The position numbers and the translations under genes were made by a program. Of a DNA stretch of 64,000 nt, positions 8,580 to 17,772 are shown piece after piece; position 1 is the first letter of the stretch; every line of letters begins with the position of its first letter. Source of the stretch: a virus. Its lineage: Duplodnaviria > Caudoviricetes. The notes under the pieces are model-generated. The model was not told the origin of the DNA and made no database searches. It was given only the letters and a program-made list of their open reading frames with translations. The DNA lies in IMG/VR virus record IMGVR_UViG_2866474162_000001, positions 1-64,000 of that record. The stretch is one strand, 5' to 3'.

Positions 8580-8870
8580 ATGACCGGACCCGCCCAGAGC
8601 GGCGAGGACCTGTACGCCGGCCTCGACGAGCGCCAGCGGTACGAGCTGGACCGGCGGTGCGACTACCACCCGCCGAAGAACCTGGAGACGGCCGAGGCGC
8701 ACGCGGCGTGGCGGAAAACGATCAAGGGCGTGATGGCGGAAGCCATGCGCAGCCTGCCCGCCGGCCGCGAGACGTCGATGGTGCTGACCGCATTGGACGA
8801 CGCCCTGATGTACGGCAACGCGGCGATCGCCCGGCCGCCCATGAGCGGGGGACGCAAGGTCGGGCACTGA
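8580..8870 (+). CDS. Acb2/Tad1-like helical-hairpin protein (putative anti-defence)
   Basis: Strong GGAGGAG RBS; RRCDYHPP...LPAGRETSMVLTALDDALMYGNAAIAR resembles the REKSLALTKLEEALMWANAAIAR-type hairpin. Confidence 0.6.
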   Translation: MTGPAQSGEDLYAGLDERQRYELDRRCDYHPPKNLETAEAHAAWRKTIKGVMAEAMRSLPAGRETSMVLTALDDALMYGNAAIARPPMSGGRKVGH

Positions 8871-8926
8871 GACGTGGGCGGCCCGGCGCTGCACCCGTCG
8901 GGCCGCCCGCCTAGCAGCACGAGGAG

Positions 8927-9541
8927 GTGACCATGAGCGAGCCGGAGGTGCTGCCCTGGGACCGGCAGCGCAGCGAGCCCGAGCGGGCGTACGGGTACTT
9001 CGCCCTGTACCGCGACGTGGGCCGCACCCGCACCGTCGCGAAGGTCGCCGAGCAGGTCCACAAATCCCGGGATTACCTCCACAAGCTCGCGACGAAGTGG
9101 CGGTGGGTGCAGCGGGCGCAGGCGTGGGACCGGGAAGAGGACCGGCTGTACGCCGAGAGCCTGGCCGAGCAGCGGCGCGACATGGCCCGCCGGCACGCGC
9201 GGGTGGCGTCGGCGCTGCAAGGGAAGATCGTCGCCCGGTTGCAGACCCTCGACGCGTCGAAGCTGACCCCGGGCGACGTGGCCCGCTGGCTGGAGGTGTC
9301 GACCCGGGTCGAGCGGCTGGCCCTGGGCCTGCCGGACTCCACGACCGCGCACACGGGCCCGGACGGCGGGCCGATCCGCGCCGAGGTCGAGCAGATGAGC
9401 GAGCAGCAGCGCGCCGACTTCTTCCGGGCGCTGATGGCCGAGGCCGCCGCCCGCGCCGGCCAGGCCAACCTGACCGCCGAGCCGGACGATCCGGGCGGCG
9501 ACGACGAGGAGGAGCCCGGTGGGGAGACGGAGCAGGGATGA
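8927..9541 (+). CDS. Probable terminase small subunit (HTH)
   Basis: PWDRQRSE...AYGYFALYRD.G..RTVAKVAEQ HTH, RAQAWD motif; positioned ahead of TerL. Confidence 0.7.
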   Translation: MTMSEPEVLPWDRQRSEPERAYGYFALYRDVGRTRTVAKVAEQVHKSRDYLHKLATKWRWVQRAQAWDREEDRLYAESLAEQRRDMARRHARVASALQGKIVARLQTLDASKLTPGDVARWLEVSTRVERLALGLPDSTTAHTGPDGGPIRAEVEQMSEQQRADFFRALMAEAAARAGQANLTAEPDDPGGDDEEEPGGETEQG

Positions 9542-9674
9542 CGGCGAGGCGTGGATCGCGGTGGAGCTGCGGGTGCCCCGGTGGGCGGCGTGGTGCGCGG
9601 CCGTCGGGCTTCTGCTGATGGGCGCGGCGGCCCTCGGCGGCGTGACCGTGCTGACGTGGGCGGTCGCGCGGTGA
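9519..9674 (+). CDS. Small membrane protein
   Basis: Hand-called from GTG 9519 after GAGGAGGAG: MGRRSRDDGEAWIAVELRVPRWAAWCAAVGLLLMGAAALGGVTVLTWAVAR. Confidence 0.5.
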   Translation: MGRRSRDDGEAWIAVELRVPRWAAWCAAVGLLLMGAAALGGVTVLTWAVAR

Positions 9675-10054
9675 GGCGCGGCCCCCGCTCGCGCAGGTTG
9701 CTGCTCGACCACCGGGCGCCGGTCGCCGCCCGGCCGGCGTACCAGCCGGGCGGGGTGGTGCGCGGCTGGGCGGAGCTGGACGCGAAGCGCCCGCCGCCGG
9801 TGCGCCTCGCCCCGCCGCCGCGGCGGCTGACCGGGGTGCAGCGGCGGACGCTGCAGTTCCGCGCCTGGACGTGGCGGCTGCTGCTCGGCGCGTGGTTCGC
9901 GCTGATGGTGCTGGCGGTGTGGGCCGGGCTGCGCTGGGTCGGCCCAGCGGCCCTCGGCTGCCCGGCGCTGATGCTGGCGGCGCTGCTGGTGCTGGCCTGG
10001 GTTGCGGCCGTCGACCTGCGCCAGCGCGAAGCCGAGATGCGGGCCGGGGACTGA
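9671..10054 (+). CDS. Membrane protein (two C-terminal TM helices)
   Basis: GTGA overlap; hydrophobic C-terminal half. Confidence 0.55.
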   Translation: MRRGPRSRRLLLDHRAPVAARPAYQPGGVVRGWAELDAKRPPPVRLAPPPRRLTGVQRRTLQFRAWTWRLLLGAWFALMVLAVWAGLRWVGPAALGCPALMLAALLVLAWVAAVDLRQREAEMRAGD

Positions 10055-10057
10055 CCG

Positions 10058-11455
10058 ATGCTGCTGGCGTACCCGGACCCGGCGCTGATGACCGACGCCG
10101 AGCTGGCCGCGTACCTGCGCGAGGTGTCGGAGGTCCAGGGCCTCGTCCGGTACGACTGGCCGAGGCACGCGAGGCCGGAGCAGCTGGAGCCCGCCTGGTA
10201 CCGGATCTGGATGCTGCTGGCGGGCCGTGGCTTCGGCAAGACCCGCACCGGGGCGGAGACGGTGCGCACGTGGGCGGGGACCAGGCCGGGCGGGCACTAC
10301 GCGGTGGTCGCGAAGACGCACCGGGAGGTGTTCAACGTCTGCTTCACGGCGCGGCGTGCCGGCCTGCTGGCGGTGATCCCGCCGAAGGAGGTGCGGACGT
10401 TCAACAAGAGCGAGCCGTACCTGGAGCTGACCAACGGGGCGATCATCCGCGGGTTCGGCGCGCAGGACCCCGACGTGCTGCGTGGCTATGACTTCGACGG
10501 CTGTTGGCTCGACGAGTACGCGGCGTGGCCGGTGCAGACGGCGCAGGGCGTGTTCGACATGCTGTGGTTCTGCATGCGCGAGGCGGCGAGCCCGCGCATG
10601 GTCATCTCCACGACCCCGAAGCCGCTGCCGCACGTGAAGAAGCTGCTGGCGCGGTCGAAGAAGCAGCGTGCCCGTTCCCGCCGGCCCCGGGTGGTGGTGA
10701 CCCGCGGCCGGACGCTGGACAACGCGGAGAACCTGTCGCCGGAGGCGCTGGAGGAGCTGCTGGAGCAGTACGGCGGCACCCGGCTGGGCCGGCAGGAGCT
10801 GGACGCCGAGATGCTGTCCGACGTCGACGGCGCGCTGTGGAAGTCGGCGTGGATCGAGGCCGGCCGGTTCGACAAGGACGACGTGCCGCCGCTGGTGCGG
10901 ACGGTCGTGTCGGTCGACCCGGCGGACACGGTGTCGGAGACGAGCGACGAGACGGGCATCGTCGCGGTCGGCCGGGGCGAGGACGGCGAGCACTACGTGC
11001 TGGCGGACCGGAGCATGAAGATCGCCGGCATGGCGGCGGCCCGCCGGATCTGGCAGTGCTACCTGGACGTCGACGCGGACGTGGTGGTGTACGAGGGCTC
11101 CTCGGCGTGGCTGCGGGACATCCTGGTCGACGCGTGGGTGGCCATGCAGAAGGAGGACTTGCTGCCGGGCGGTGACCCGCCGATCGACGTGGTGCAGGCC
11201 CGCCAGTCGAAGCGGGTGCGCGCCGAGCCGGTGGCCGCCCGGTACGAGGTCGACCCGCCGCGCGTGCACCACGTCGGCACGTTCCCGGCGCTGGAGGACC
11301 AGCTGACGACCTGGACGCCGGAGTCGGGCGACTCCCCGGACCGGCTGGACGCCCTGGTGCACGGCGTGACGTACCTGCGGTCGAAGGAGTCCCGGCGTGC
11401 CTTAGTGGCTTCACCCCTCGGCCAACAGGTTCGACCAGCTGCGAGGCCCGGATGA
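10058..11455 (+). CDS. terL: Terminase large subunit
   Basis: Walker A AGRGFGKT, Walker B CWLDEYA, nuclease VSVDPA and PDRLDAL. Confidence 0.95.
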   Translation: MLLAYPDPALMTDAELAAYLREVSEVQGLVRYDWPRHARPEQLEPAWYRIWMLLAGRGFGKTRTGAETVRTWAGTRPGGHYAVVAKTHREVFNVCFTARRAGLLAVIPPKEVRTFNKSEPYLELTNGAIIRGFGAQDPDVLRGYDFDGCWLDEYAAWPVQTAQGVFDMLWFCMREAASPRMVISTTPKPLPHVKKLLARSKKQRARSRRPRVVVTRGRTLDNAENLSPEALEELLEQYGGTRLGRQELDAEMLSDVDGALWKSAWIEAGRFDKDDVPPLVRTVVSVDPADTVSETSDETGIVAVGRGEDGEHYVLADRSMKIAGMAAARRIWQCYLDVDADVVVYEGSSAWLRDILVDAWVAMQKEDLLPGGDPPIDVVQARQSKRVRAEPVAARYEVDPPRVHHVGTFPALEDQLTTWTPESGDSPDRLDALVHGVTYLRSKESRRALVASPLGQQVRPAARPG

Positions 11456-11472
11456 GGTGTAGATCAGATGAG

Positions 11473-12819
11473 CTACTGCCTCAACACCTCGACGCCGGCC
11501 TCCTCGGCCCAGGCGACGATATGGGCCTGCTGGGGCCGATACCAGTAACTGAGGCGGATAGCTCCGTCGGGGGTGAGCGCTGGGACCTCGGGGGCACCGA
11601 ACGCTTGGTACAGATCGCTGGCGAGACGGTAGGTCGCCGCAACGAGCCCGGGTCCGTCGGCGCAGAGATCGTCGATGTCGGCGACAGCGTCAGCGACCGG
11701 TGGCTCGGTCAGGACATGGGTTCCGAGTTCCTCGTTTGGGTCTCCAACGCTGGAGACCAACTTGACCGGGAGGCGCTGCTCGCCCAGGTAGATTGGCGTG
11801 ACCGGCCAGATGGTGGCTCGGACAGTGGCGAGGCCACCAGCGGCTGCCCGGTCGCGTGCGTGGCGGGCAAGGAATCCCAGTGCCGCGCCGACGCCGACGG
11901 TGAGCGACGGGGCGTCCACGAGGTCGTAACGCCCGTCCTGGTCTCCCGACATCCGCCGATCGACCGCTTCGGCGAAGACGCCAGTCCCGTTCTCGTGCAG
12001 TTCGCACGCCCCACGCGAGTACGGCTTGTTCGGTTCGTAGGACGCGGTGCCGACCAGGCAGCGGCGCCGCACTGTGGACCGGGCGAAGCTGGGCACCGGG
12101 ATCCCGAACGCGGCCGGCCGCTGGTTGGCATTGCTCAGCTGGAAAGCGTTCAGGGCAGCGGTGTCGATGGTGAAGCTGCCTGGCAGGTCCGGGACCAGGG
12201 TGACGACCAGGAACATCTCGTCCGTCGAAAGGCGTTGGAGGAAGTCGGCTTCGATGCGGGCGGTCTCCTCGATACGGTCCGTGAATCCGGCGAACCGTGC
12301 CCGGTACGCCTCGGCCACCTCTGCCTCGGACAGCCAGATGGTCTCGGTGCCGATCCGCTTGGGGTAGAGCAGCGACTTGTTCTGGTTGACGTAGGCGTGC
12401 GGTGCTGTCGCCGACTGAGCGATCCAAATGATCAGGAAGCCGGTGCCGGGCCGGTCGGGATCCTCGACCGGGATGATGTCGAAGGTCGGCGTCGGGTGGA
12501 CGTTGGCGACGACGGTCTGTCGGAGCCGGCGCCGCTCGTCGTCGCTGATGGTGACGCCAGTGTCGTTGGCGGCGCGGCCCTGGTTGTCCTCGTCCATGCC
12601 GAGGATCAGGATTCCGCCGTTGGCGTTGGCCAGCGCGCCTACGTCGCCGCAGAGGGCCTTCCTGTCCCGGTCGCTGCTGGTGTAGGTGTCGCGCTTGAAG
12701 TCCAGGTCGGGGCCTTCCGTGGTGTCCGGGATGAGCCCCTTGACCTGCGCATAGGTCAGGGTCTCGTCGATCGGTCCGCCGAGGAGCTGTTCGAGCCTGC
12801 GGTTTCGCAGCGTTGGCAT
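11473..12819 (-). CDS. AlbA_2/Schlafen-domain protein
   Basis: EGPDLDFKRDTY...LCGDVGALANANGGILILGMDED, YPKRIG. Confidence 0.85.
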   Translation of the reverse strand: MPTLRNRRLEQLLGGPIDETLTYAQVKGLIPDTTEGPDLDFKRDTYTSSDRDRKALCGDVGALANANGGILILGMDEDNQGRAANDTGVTISDDERRRLRQTVVANVHPTPTFDIIPVEDPDRPGTGFLIIWIAQSATAPHAYVNQNKSLLYPKRIGTETIWLSEAEVAEAYRARFAGFTDRIEETARIEADFLQRLSTDEMFLVVTLVPDLPGSFTIDTAALNAFQLSNANQRPAAFGIPVPSFARSTVRRRCLVGTASYEPNKPYSRGACELHENGTGVFAEAVDRRMSGDQDGRYDLVDAPSLTVGVGAALGFLARHARDRAAAGGLATVRATIWPVTPIYLGEQRLPVKLVSSVGDPNEELGTHVLTEPPVADAVADIDDLCADGPGLVAATYRLASDLYQAFGAPEVPALTPDGAIRLSYWYRPQQAHIVAWAEEAGVEVLRQ

Positions 12820-12903
12820 GCGCTCGATCGTGGACCGCCCCGCCGTCGAGGAGCAAATCGGCAGGTCAGCAGGTTCCTGATTGGACGCAAGATGATCTTG
12901 AAT

Positions 12904-12922
12904 GATACAATGAATATGTACG
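12904..12922 (+). promoter_or_regulatory. Phage promoter/operator copy 1
   Basis: ATACAATGAATATGTACG (12905-12922), identical to 47500-47517 and 49686-49703; contains TACAAT -10. Confidence 0.75.
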
Positions 12923-12968
12923 ACCCTTGTCGTACCCGCCTGTTCACGTGGAAGAGGAGAGAGCGGAA

Positions 12969-14603
12969 GTGACAGCAGCAGTGAAGGCGCGGCCCCGGGG
13001 CAAGAAGGCCCCCTACCTCGCGCAGATCGACCCGCGGGAGCTGGTCGCGCACCCGACCAACCTCCGCACCCAGCTCGGCGACCTGACCGAGCTGCGCGCC
13101 TCGATCGCCGCGAGCGGCGTTCTGCAGGCGCTGACCGTCGTCCCCGAGGACGGCGGCATGCGGATCGTCGCAGGGCACCGCCGGGCGGCGGCGGCCGTCG
13201 AGGCGATCGAGGCCGGCGAGTGGCCCGACGGCACGCCGCAGACGGTGCCGTGCCTGGTGCGGCCCGACATGGAGGGGATGGCCCCCGCGCAGGTCGTCGC
13301 CATGCTGATCGAGAACGACCAGCGCGCCGACCTGACCGAGAGCGAGCGGGCCGCCGGATACGCGCAGCTGGAGCTGTTCGGCCTGGACGTCGCCGAGATC
13401 GCGCGGCGGACCGGCCGCACGCAGAAGCACGTCAACGCGGCGTTGAAGCTGACGAAGCTCGGCGAGGTCGCCACCGGCGCGGCCGACGCCGGCAAGCTGA
13501 CCCTGGAGGACGTCGCCGAGCTGGAGCAGTTCGAGGACGACCCGAAGGCGATGGAGCGCATCCTCAAGGGCGTCGAGAGCGGCTGGGGCGTCCGGCACCG
13601 CGTGCAGGAGGAGAAGCGCAAGCGCGACGACAAGAGCGCGACCGAGACGCTGACCGAGGAGCTGACGGCGGCCGGCGTCCGGGTGTTGAAGAAGCCGAAG
13701 GACTGGCCGTGGAACTGCGCGATGACCAAGGTCGAGGACCTGACCGACGCCGACGACCAACCGATCGACGTCGAGCAGGTCAAGACGCTGGAGGGGTTCG
13801 GCGCGATCATCGAGGGCTCGTACGGGAACATGCGGGCCGTCATCGTGTGCGAGGACCCCGACGCCCACGGGTACAAGCGCACGAAGTGGACGCAGTACAA
13901 GAGCCCCGCGCAGAAGGTCGCCGAGGAGCTGGCGAAGCGGGAGGCCGAGGAGCGGCGGCAGAAGCTGCTGGACGCCGGTGAGGTGCGCCGCCGGTTCCTC
14001 GTCGAGCGGTGGGGCAGCGCGAAGGCGGCGAAGACGCTGCTGGTCGACGCGATGCGCGCCGCCGTGGTGATGCCGGGCTTCTACGACCGGGCCGAGGAAG
14101 AGCTGGTCGCGGCCCTGGCCGGCGGTGACCCGCGCGACGGGCAGACCGCCGGGATCGACCGGCTGAACCGGCTGCTGGTCGCCCGGTTCGTCGCCGCGCA
14201 CGAGGCCAACACGTCGACCGTGGCGGCCGGGCGGTACTCCAACCGGAACCACCTGGTGCTGCCGTGGTTGAACCGCCTGGTGGCCGAGGGCTACGAGCTG
14301 TCGGAGACCGAGAAGACCTGGCACGCCGAGCTGGTCGAGGAGGAGGAAGAGCGGCAGCGGGCGCTGGAGCAGGAAGAGGCCGAGGCGGCGGCCGAGCTGG
14401 AGTACGACGACGCCGAAGGCTACGTGGAGGACGCCGAGGGTGTGCGGCCGATCGAGGACGTGCAGCTGCCCGAGGGCGACGTCGAGCCGGCGGCCGAGCC
14501 GGACGACGACGCCGACGGCGACGGCGAGCCGCAGGCTGAGACGGACCCGTGCCCGGACGCCGACCTGGACGCGGCCGAGCCCGAGGCCGGCGGCGAGCAG
14601 TGA
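12969..14603 (+). CDS. ParB/Spo0J-like protein with acidic tail
   Basis: IDPRELVAHPTNLR, IVAGHRR, ENDQRADLT motifs, followed by an HTH. Confidence 0.88.
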   Translation: MTAAVKARPRGKKAPYLAQIDPRELVAHPTNLRTQLGDLTELRASIAASGVLQALTVVPEDGGMRIVAGHRRAAAAVEAIEAGEWPDGTPQTVPCLVRPDMEGMAPAQVVAMLIENDQRADLTESERAAGYAQLELFGLDVAEIARRTGRTQKHVNAALKLTKLGEVATGAADAGKLTLEDVAELEQFEDDPKAMERILKGVESGWGVRHRVQEEKRKRDDKSATETLTEELTAAGVRVLKKPKDWPWNCAMTKVEDLTDADDQPIDVEQVKTLEGFGAIIEGSYGNMRAVIVCEDPDAHGYKRTKWTQYKSPAQKVAEELAKREAEERRQKLLDAGEVRRRFLVERWGSAKAAKTLLVDAMRAAVVMPGFYDRAEEELVAALAGGDPRDGQTAGIDRLNRLLVARFVAAHEANTSTVAAGRYSNRNHLVLPWLNRLVAEGYELSETEKTWHAELVEEEEERQRALEQEEAEAAAELEYDDAEGYVEDAEGVRPIEDVQLPEGDVEPAAEPDDDADGDGEPQAETDPCPDADLDAAEPEAGGEQ

Positions 14604-15361
14604 GCGTGACCCCTGCGGGTCGGCCGGAGGCGCGTACCGAGCTGGTGCGCGCCTCCGGCGCCGGCCCGACCGGCAGCGCGGAGACGCCCGTGGACGAGGA
14701 GCTGCTGCGCGGGACCTGCCCGGCCTGCCAGGCGGTGATGGGCGAAGCGCACCGCGACGACTGCGACGTGGCCGAATGCCTGGCCACCGGCCGGAAGCGC
14801 ATATGGTGCCGGGCGCAGCCCGACACCGCAGGCCACGACTGCGGCCGCGCGGACTGGGCCGGCCGGTGGCCGGCGCACGCGGAGGCCCGCGAGTTCGGCT
14901 GGCACGTGCGCTGGGACACCGAGGCGCGGAAGTTCGTGCGCTGCGCCCCCGACGTGGAGGGCTCCGGGCCGGACCTGTCGCGGCTGTACGAGCACGCGCG
15001 GTGGGATCCGGCGGCGCGGCGTTGGGCGCGGCGCCGGGCGGTGCTGTTCTCCCGGGCGGTGCGCGGCGGCCGGGCCACATTGGAGGAGCTGACGAAGCGG
15101 GCGCAGCGGTATTGCGCGGAGCAGGGCTACGAGGTGGTCGGCGAGCACGTCGGCACCCGCGGCTGGCGGGCGGCCGTCGCCGACGTCGACGACGGCAAGG
15201 CCGACGTGGTGGTGGTGCCGGCGCTGGACCGGCTGGGCCTCGGCAAGCAGGTGTTCGAGCGGGTCGCGGCGGTACGCCGTGCCGGCGGCGACATCGCTGG
15301 CCCCGGCGTACAGATCGACGCGGACGGCCGGCTGGTCGCCGGCACGACCGGCGAAAAGTGA
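14600..15361 (+). CDS. Zn-finger-like protein fused to a degenerate resolvase-like domain
   Basis: CPAC...HRDDCDVAEC; C-terminal AVLFSRAV...RYCAEQGYEVVGE...GKADVVVVPALDRLG. Confidence 0.6.
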   Translation: MSVTPAGRPEARTELVRASGAGPTGSAETPVDEELLRGTCPACQAVMGEAHRDDCDVAECLATGRKRIWCRAQPDTAGHDCGRADWAGRWPAHAEAREFGWHVRWDTEARKFVRCAPDVEGSGPDLSRLYEHARWDPAARRWARRRAVLFSRAVRGGRATLEELTKRAQRYCAEQGYEVVGEHVGTRGWRAAVADVDDGKADVVVVPALDRLGLGKQVFERVAAVRRAGGDIAGPGVQIDADGRLVAGTTGEK

Positions 15362-15373
15362 GGAGCGTTCACG

Positions 15374-15670
15374 ATGGAGCGAGAGACGCAGGTCATCCTG
15401 GCGTGCCCGCCGACGAACATCAACGAGCTGCTGGCCGGCATGGGCGTGCCCGAGTACGTGCCGAGCGTCGACCACAGCCTGGCGCAGTGCGCGGACTGCG
15501 GCACGGACATGTGGGTCGGCCCGAACCAGCAGGCGGCGGCGTCCCGGGCGTCGGGCGTGACCCTGCTGCTGTGCATGACGTGCTCGATCGCGGAGACGCA
15601 CCGGCGCAGCGGCCCGGCGGCGCTCGGGCACCTCGGCGGCGGCGGAGGGAGGCCGCGGCTGCCGAGCTAG
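15374..15670 (+). CDS. Small protein with CxxC pairs
   Basis: GAGGAG RBS; CADC and CMTC. Confidence 0.6.
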   Translation: MERETQVILACPPTNINELLAGMGVPEYVPSVDHSLAQCADCGTDMWVGPNQQAAASRASGVTLLLCMTCSIAETHRRSGPAALGHLGGGGGRPRLPS

Positions 15671-15823
15671 TCCGCCAGCCGGACTAGCGAGTGGGGCTAG
15701 TCCGCCGAGCGGACCAACCGGGGCGGGTCACAGCGAGGCCGTGGCCCGCCCTTCGCGTTCTGTCGCCCGCGCGGCTTAGGCTTGCGGGTCGCATTGCAAC
15801 GGCGTCCAAAGAGACGGTGAGCC

Positions 15824-16831
15824 ATGAACGCAGTCATCGACCTCGGCAACGGGGACTCCCTTCAGATGGAGCCAGCCCGCCGCGCCTTTCACCTGTATCC
15901 GGGCGCCGGAGGCGCACAGATCGAGGTGACGCTCAGGATCAGCAAGACGCATGACCTGGCGCCGGGCATCGCGTACCGGGTGAGCGCTCGGATGTACGTC
16001 GAGGACAACATGCGCCGGCAGCGGATGCTGTGCACCCTGGACGCCGCGAACCTCGTCACGCCGCTCGTCCGGGCAGGCGATGTGCAGCTGTCGGGCTTCG
16101 TCACCGACGAGCAGTTGCGCGTCGTCGAGCAGCTGCGCGCAGGCGGGGACCTGTGGGTGAACCTGAAGCTGTCGGTCTCGTCGGTGGAATGGAAGGCGGA
16201 CTCTGAGGCGGCGGACTCGGACTCGGCGGAGCTGATGCTGACCGCGCGGGGGCGCGCCGAGCAGAAGGCGCGTCTGTCGGGTGAGGTGGTGTATCGGTCG
16301 AACGAAGAACCCCGGCTGACCGCGCTGCCGCCGGCGGGAACCAAGGTGGTGTTCGAGCGCCCGTTGCAGAAGCAGCGGACCGGTGACCTGAGGTTTGACA
16401 TCAATGCCGGCGAGTGGGCGGCGCAGATGGCCGCGGTCGAGGCGGGGACCTTCGTCGAGCTGCTGGTGCCGCTGGCTGGCGGCGCGGACTACGCCGGCGC
16501 GGTGGCGCTGCTGCGCGAGGCGCGCGAGTTGTTGCGGGAGGGCAACGTCGACGCGTCGATCGGTCAGGCGCGTAAGGCTCTGGAGCAGGCGCGCAAGGAG
16601 TACGGCACGCAGAAGCTGTACGAGGCCGCGACGAAGAAGTCACCGCGGACTCGGGCCCTCCCGGAGCGCTGGGCGATCATGGTCGAGGACCTGTACTCAA
16701 CGATGAGCGGCGCTGCGCACAACGATGAGGTGACGAAGGAGTTCACCTACTCGCAGGAGGACGGCGCAATGCTGATCACGGCGACGGCGGGGATGCTCAA
16801 GCGGTTGGCCGCTGACCGCCAGACGCTGTAG
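15824..16831 (+). CDS. Hypothetical protein
   Basis: 335-aa ORF with coding-like codon use; beta-rich N-terminus and helical C-terminus. Confidence 0.75.
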   Translation: MNAVIDLGNGDSLQMEPARRAFHLYPGAGGAQIEVTLRISKTHDLAPGIAYRVSARMYVEDNMRRQRMLCTLDAANLVTPLVRAGDVQLSGFVTDEQLRVVEQLRAGGDLWVNLKLSVSSVEWKADSEAADSDSAELMLTARGRAEQKARLSGEVVYRSNEEPRLTALPPAGTKVVFERPLQKQRTGDLRFDINAGEWAAQMAAVEAGTFVELLVPLAGGADYAGAVALLREARELLREGNVDASIGQARKALEQARKEYGTQKLYEAATKKSPRTRALPERWAIMVEDLYSTMSGAAHNDEVTKEFTYSQEDGAMLITATAGMLKRLAADRQTL

Positions 16832-17183
16832 ACGGGTTGCAGTCGGCGCTGACGTCTGGGTCGACTCGGACATCCGGGCACCTGGCGCAGCGCAGCGCCA
16901 GGTGCCCGCCGCACGAGCAGGGCAGCCAGTCGCGCACCGGTCGGGTCGCCGACCCGCCGACGTAGGAGTGCCCGTTGCGGCAGTGCTGCGGCTCGTCGCC
17001 GACCAGCTCGCGCACCCGGCAGTAGGGAAAGGCGACCACGTGCCGGTCGGCGCGGGCCCGCGCGACCAGCTGCCGCAGCTCGGCGGGGGAGTCCACGACG
17101 TGCTCGACGACGGTCACGCCGGCGGGCGAGTTGTCGGCCCGGTCCCAGCGGATCGTGATTTGCCAGCGCGTTCGCCACTCCAC
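16797..17183 (-). CDS. Small Cys-rich protein with upstream SOS box
   Basis: HCRNGH, CSCGGH, CARC motifs. Confidence 0.65.
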   Translation of the reverse strand: MEWRTRWQITIRWDRADNSPAGVTVVEHVVDSPAELRQLVARARADRHVVAFPYCRVRELVGDEPQHCRNGHSYVGGSATRPVRDWLPCSCGGHLALRCARCPDVRVDPDVSADCNPSTASGGQRPTA

Positions 17184-17196
17184 GGGGGCAGGCTAC

Positions 17197-17212
17197 TCGT
17201 ACTACTGTTCGA
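17197..17212 (-). promoter_or_regulatory. Actinobacterial LexA (SOS) box
   Basis: Minus strand TCGAAC-AGTA-GTACGA matches TCGAAC-N4-GNNCGA; 14 bp upstream of the 17183 start. Confidence 0.65.
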
Positions 17213-17472
17213 ATGGAGCGCGAGATCTGTCCTCGCTGTGTGTGCCTCGGACGTGGCTCTTTGGCCTGCGCGGGGACCGCGGTCTGCGAGCCGCCCTGCA
17301 GGGCTGAGACCATCTGTGGGTCGGGCTGGAGGCTGAGACGGGCTCGGGAACGAGCCGATGCCCGTCGCTGGTACTTATTCGTCCACTAACGAAGCATGTC
17401 CTCCGACATGCTCCTCGCCGCATTGAGGTTCCCCCGATAGCGTGGAGGCCAGGCCTTAAGGGATAGAGGGTC

Positions 17473-17772
17473 ATGGCTGAAACGAGACGACGGTTCGACC
17501 GGGAGTTCCGCGAGGGCGCGGTGCGCATCGTGCGGGAGACCGGCAAGCCCATCGCGCAGATCGCCCGGGACCTGGGGATCAACGAGGGCACTCTGGGTAA
17601 CTGGGTCAACCAGGACAAGCGTGCTCGCGGCGAGGCCGCGGCCGGCGGTGGGCTGTCCGAGGACGAGCGTGCCGAGTTGATGCGGCTGCGGAAGGAGAAC
17701 GCCGAGCTGGCGATGGAGCGTGACGTGCTCAAGCGATCCGTGGTCCTGTGGGTCAAGGAGGCGACGAAGTGA
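17473..17772 (+). CDS. IS3 transposase OrfA
   Basis: [19 protein letters not shown] plus leucine zipper ([16 protein letters not shown]). Confidence 0.95.
   Translation: MAETRRRFDREFREGAVRIVRETGKPIAQIARDLGINEGTLGNWVNQDKRARGEAAAGGGLSEDERAELMRLRKENAELAMERDVLKRSVVLWVKEATK

Noticed and set aside
8663-11362. 899-aa minus-strand ORF
   Set aside because: Antisense shadow of the terminase genes in high-GC DNA; no motifs.
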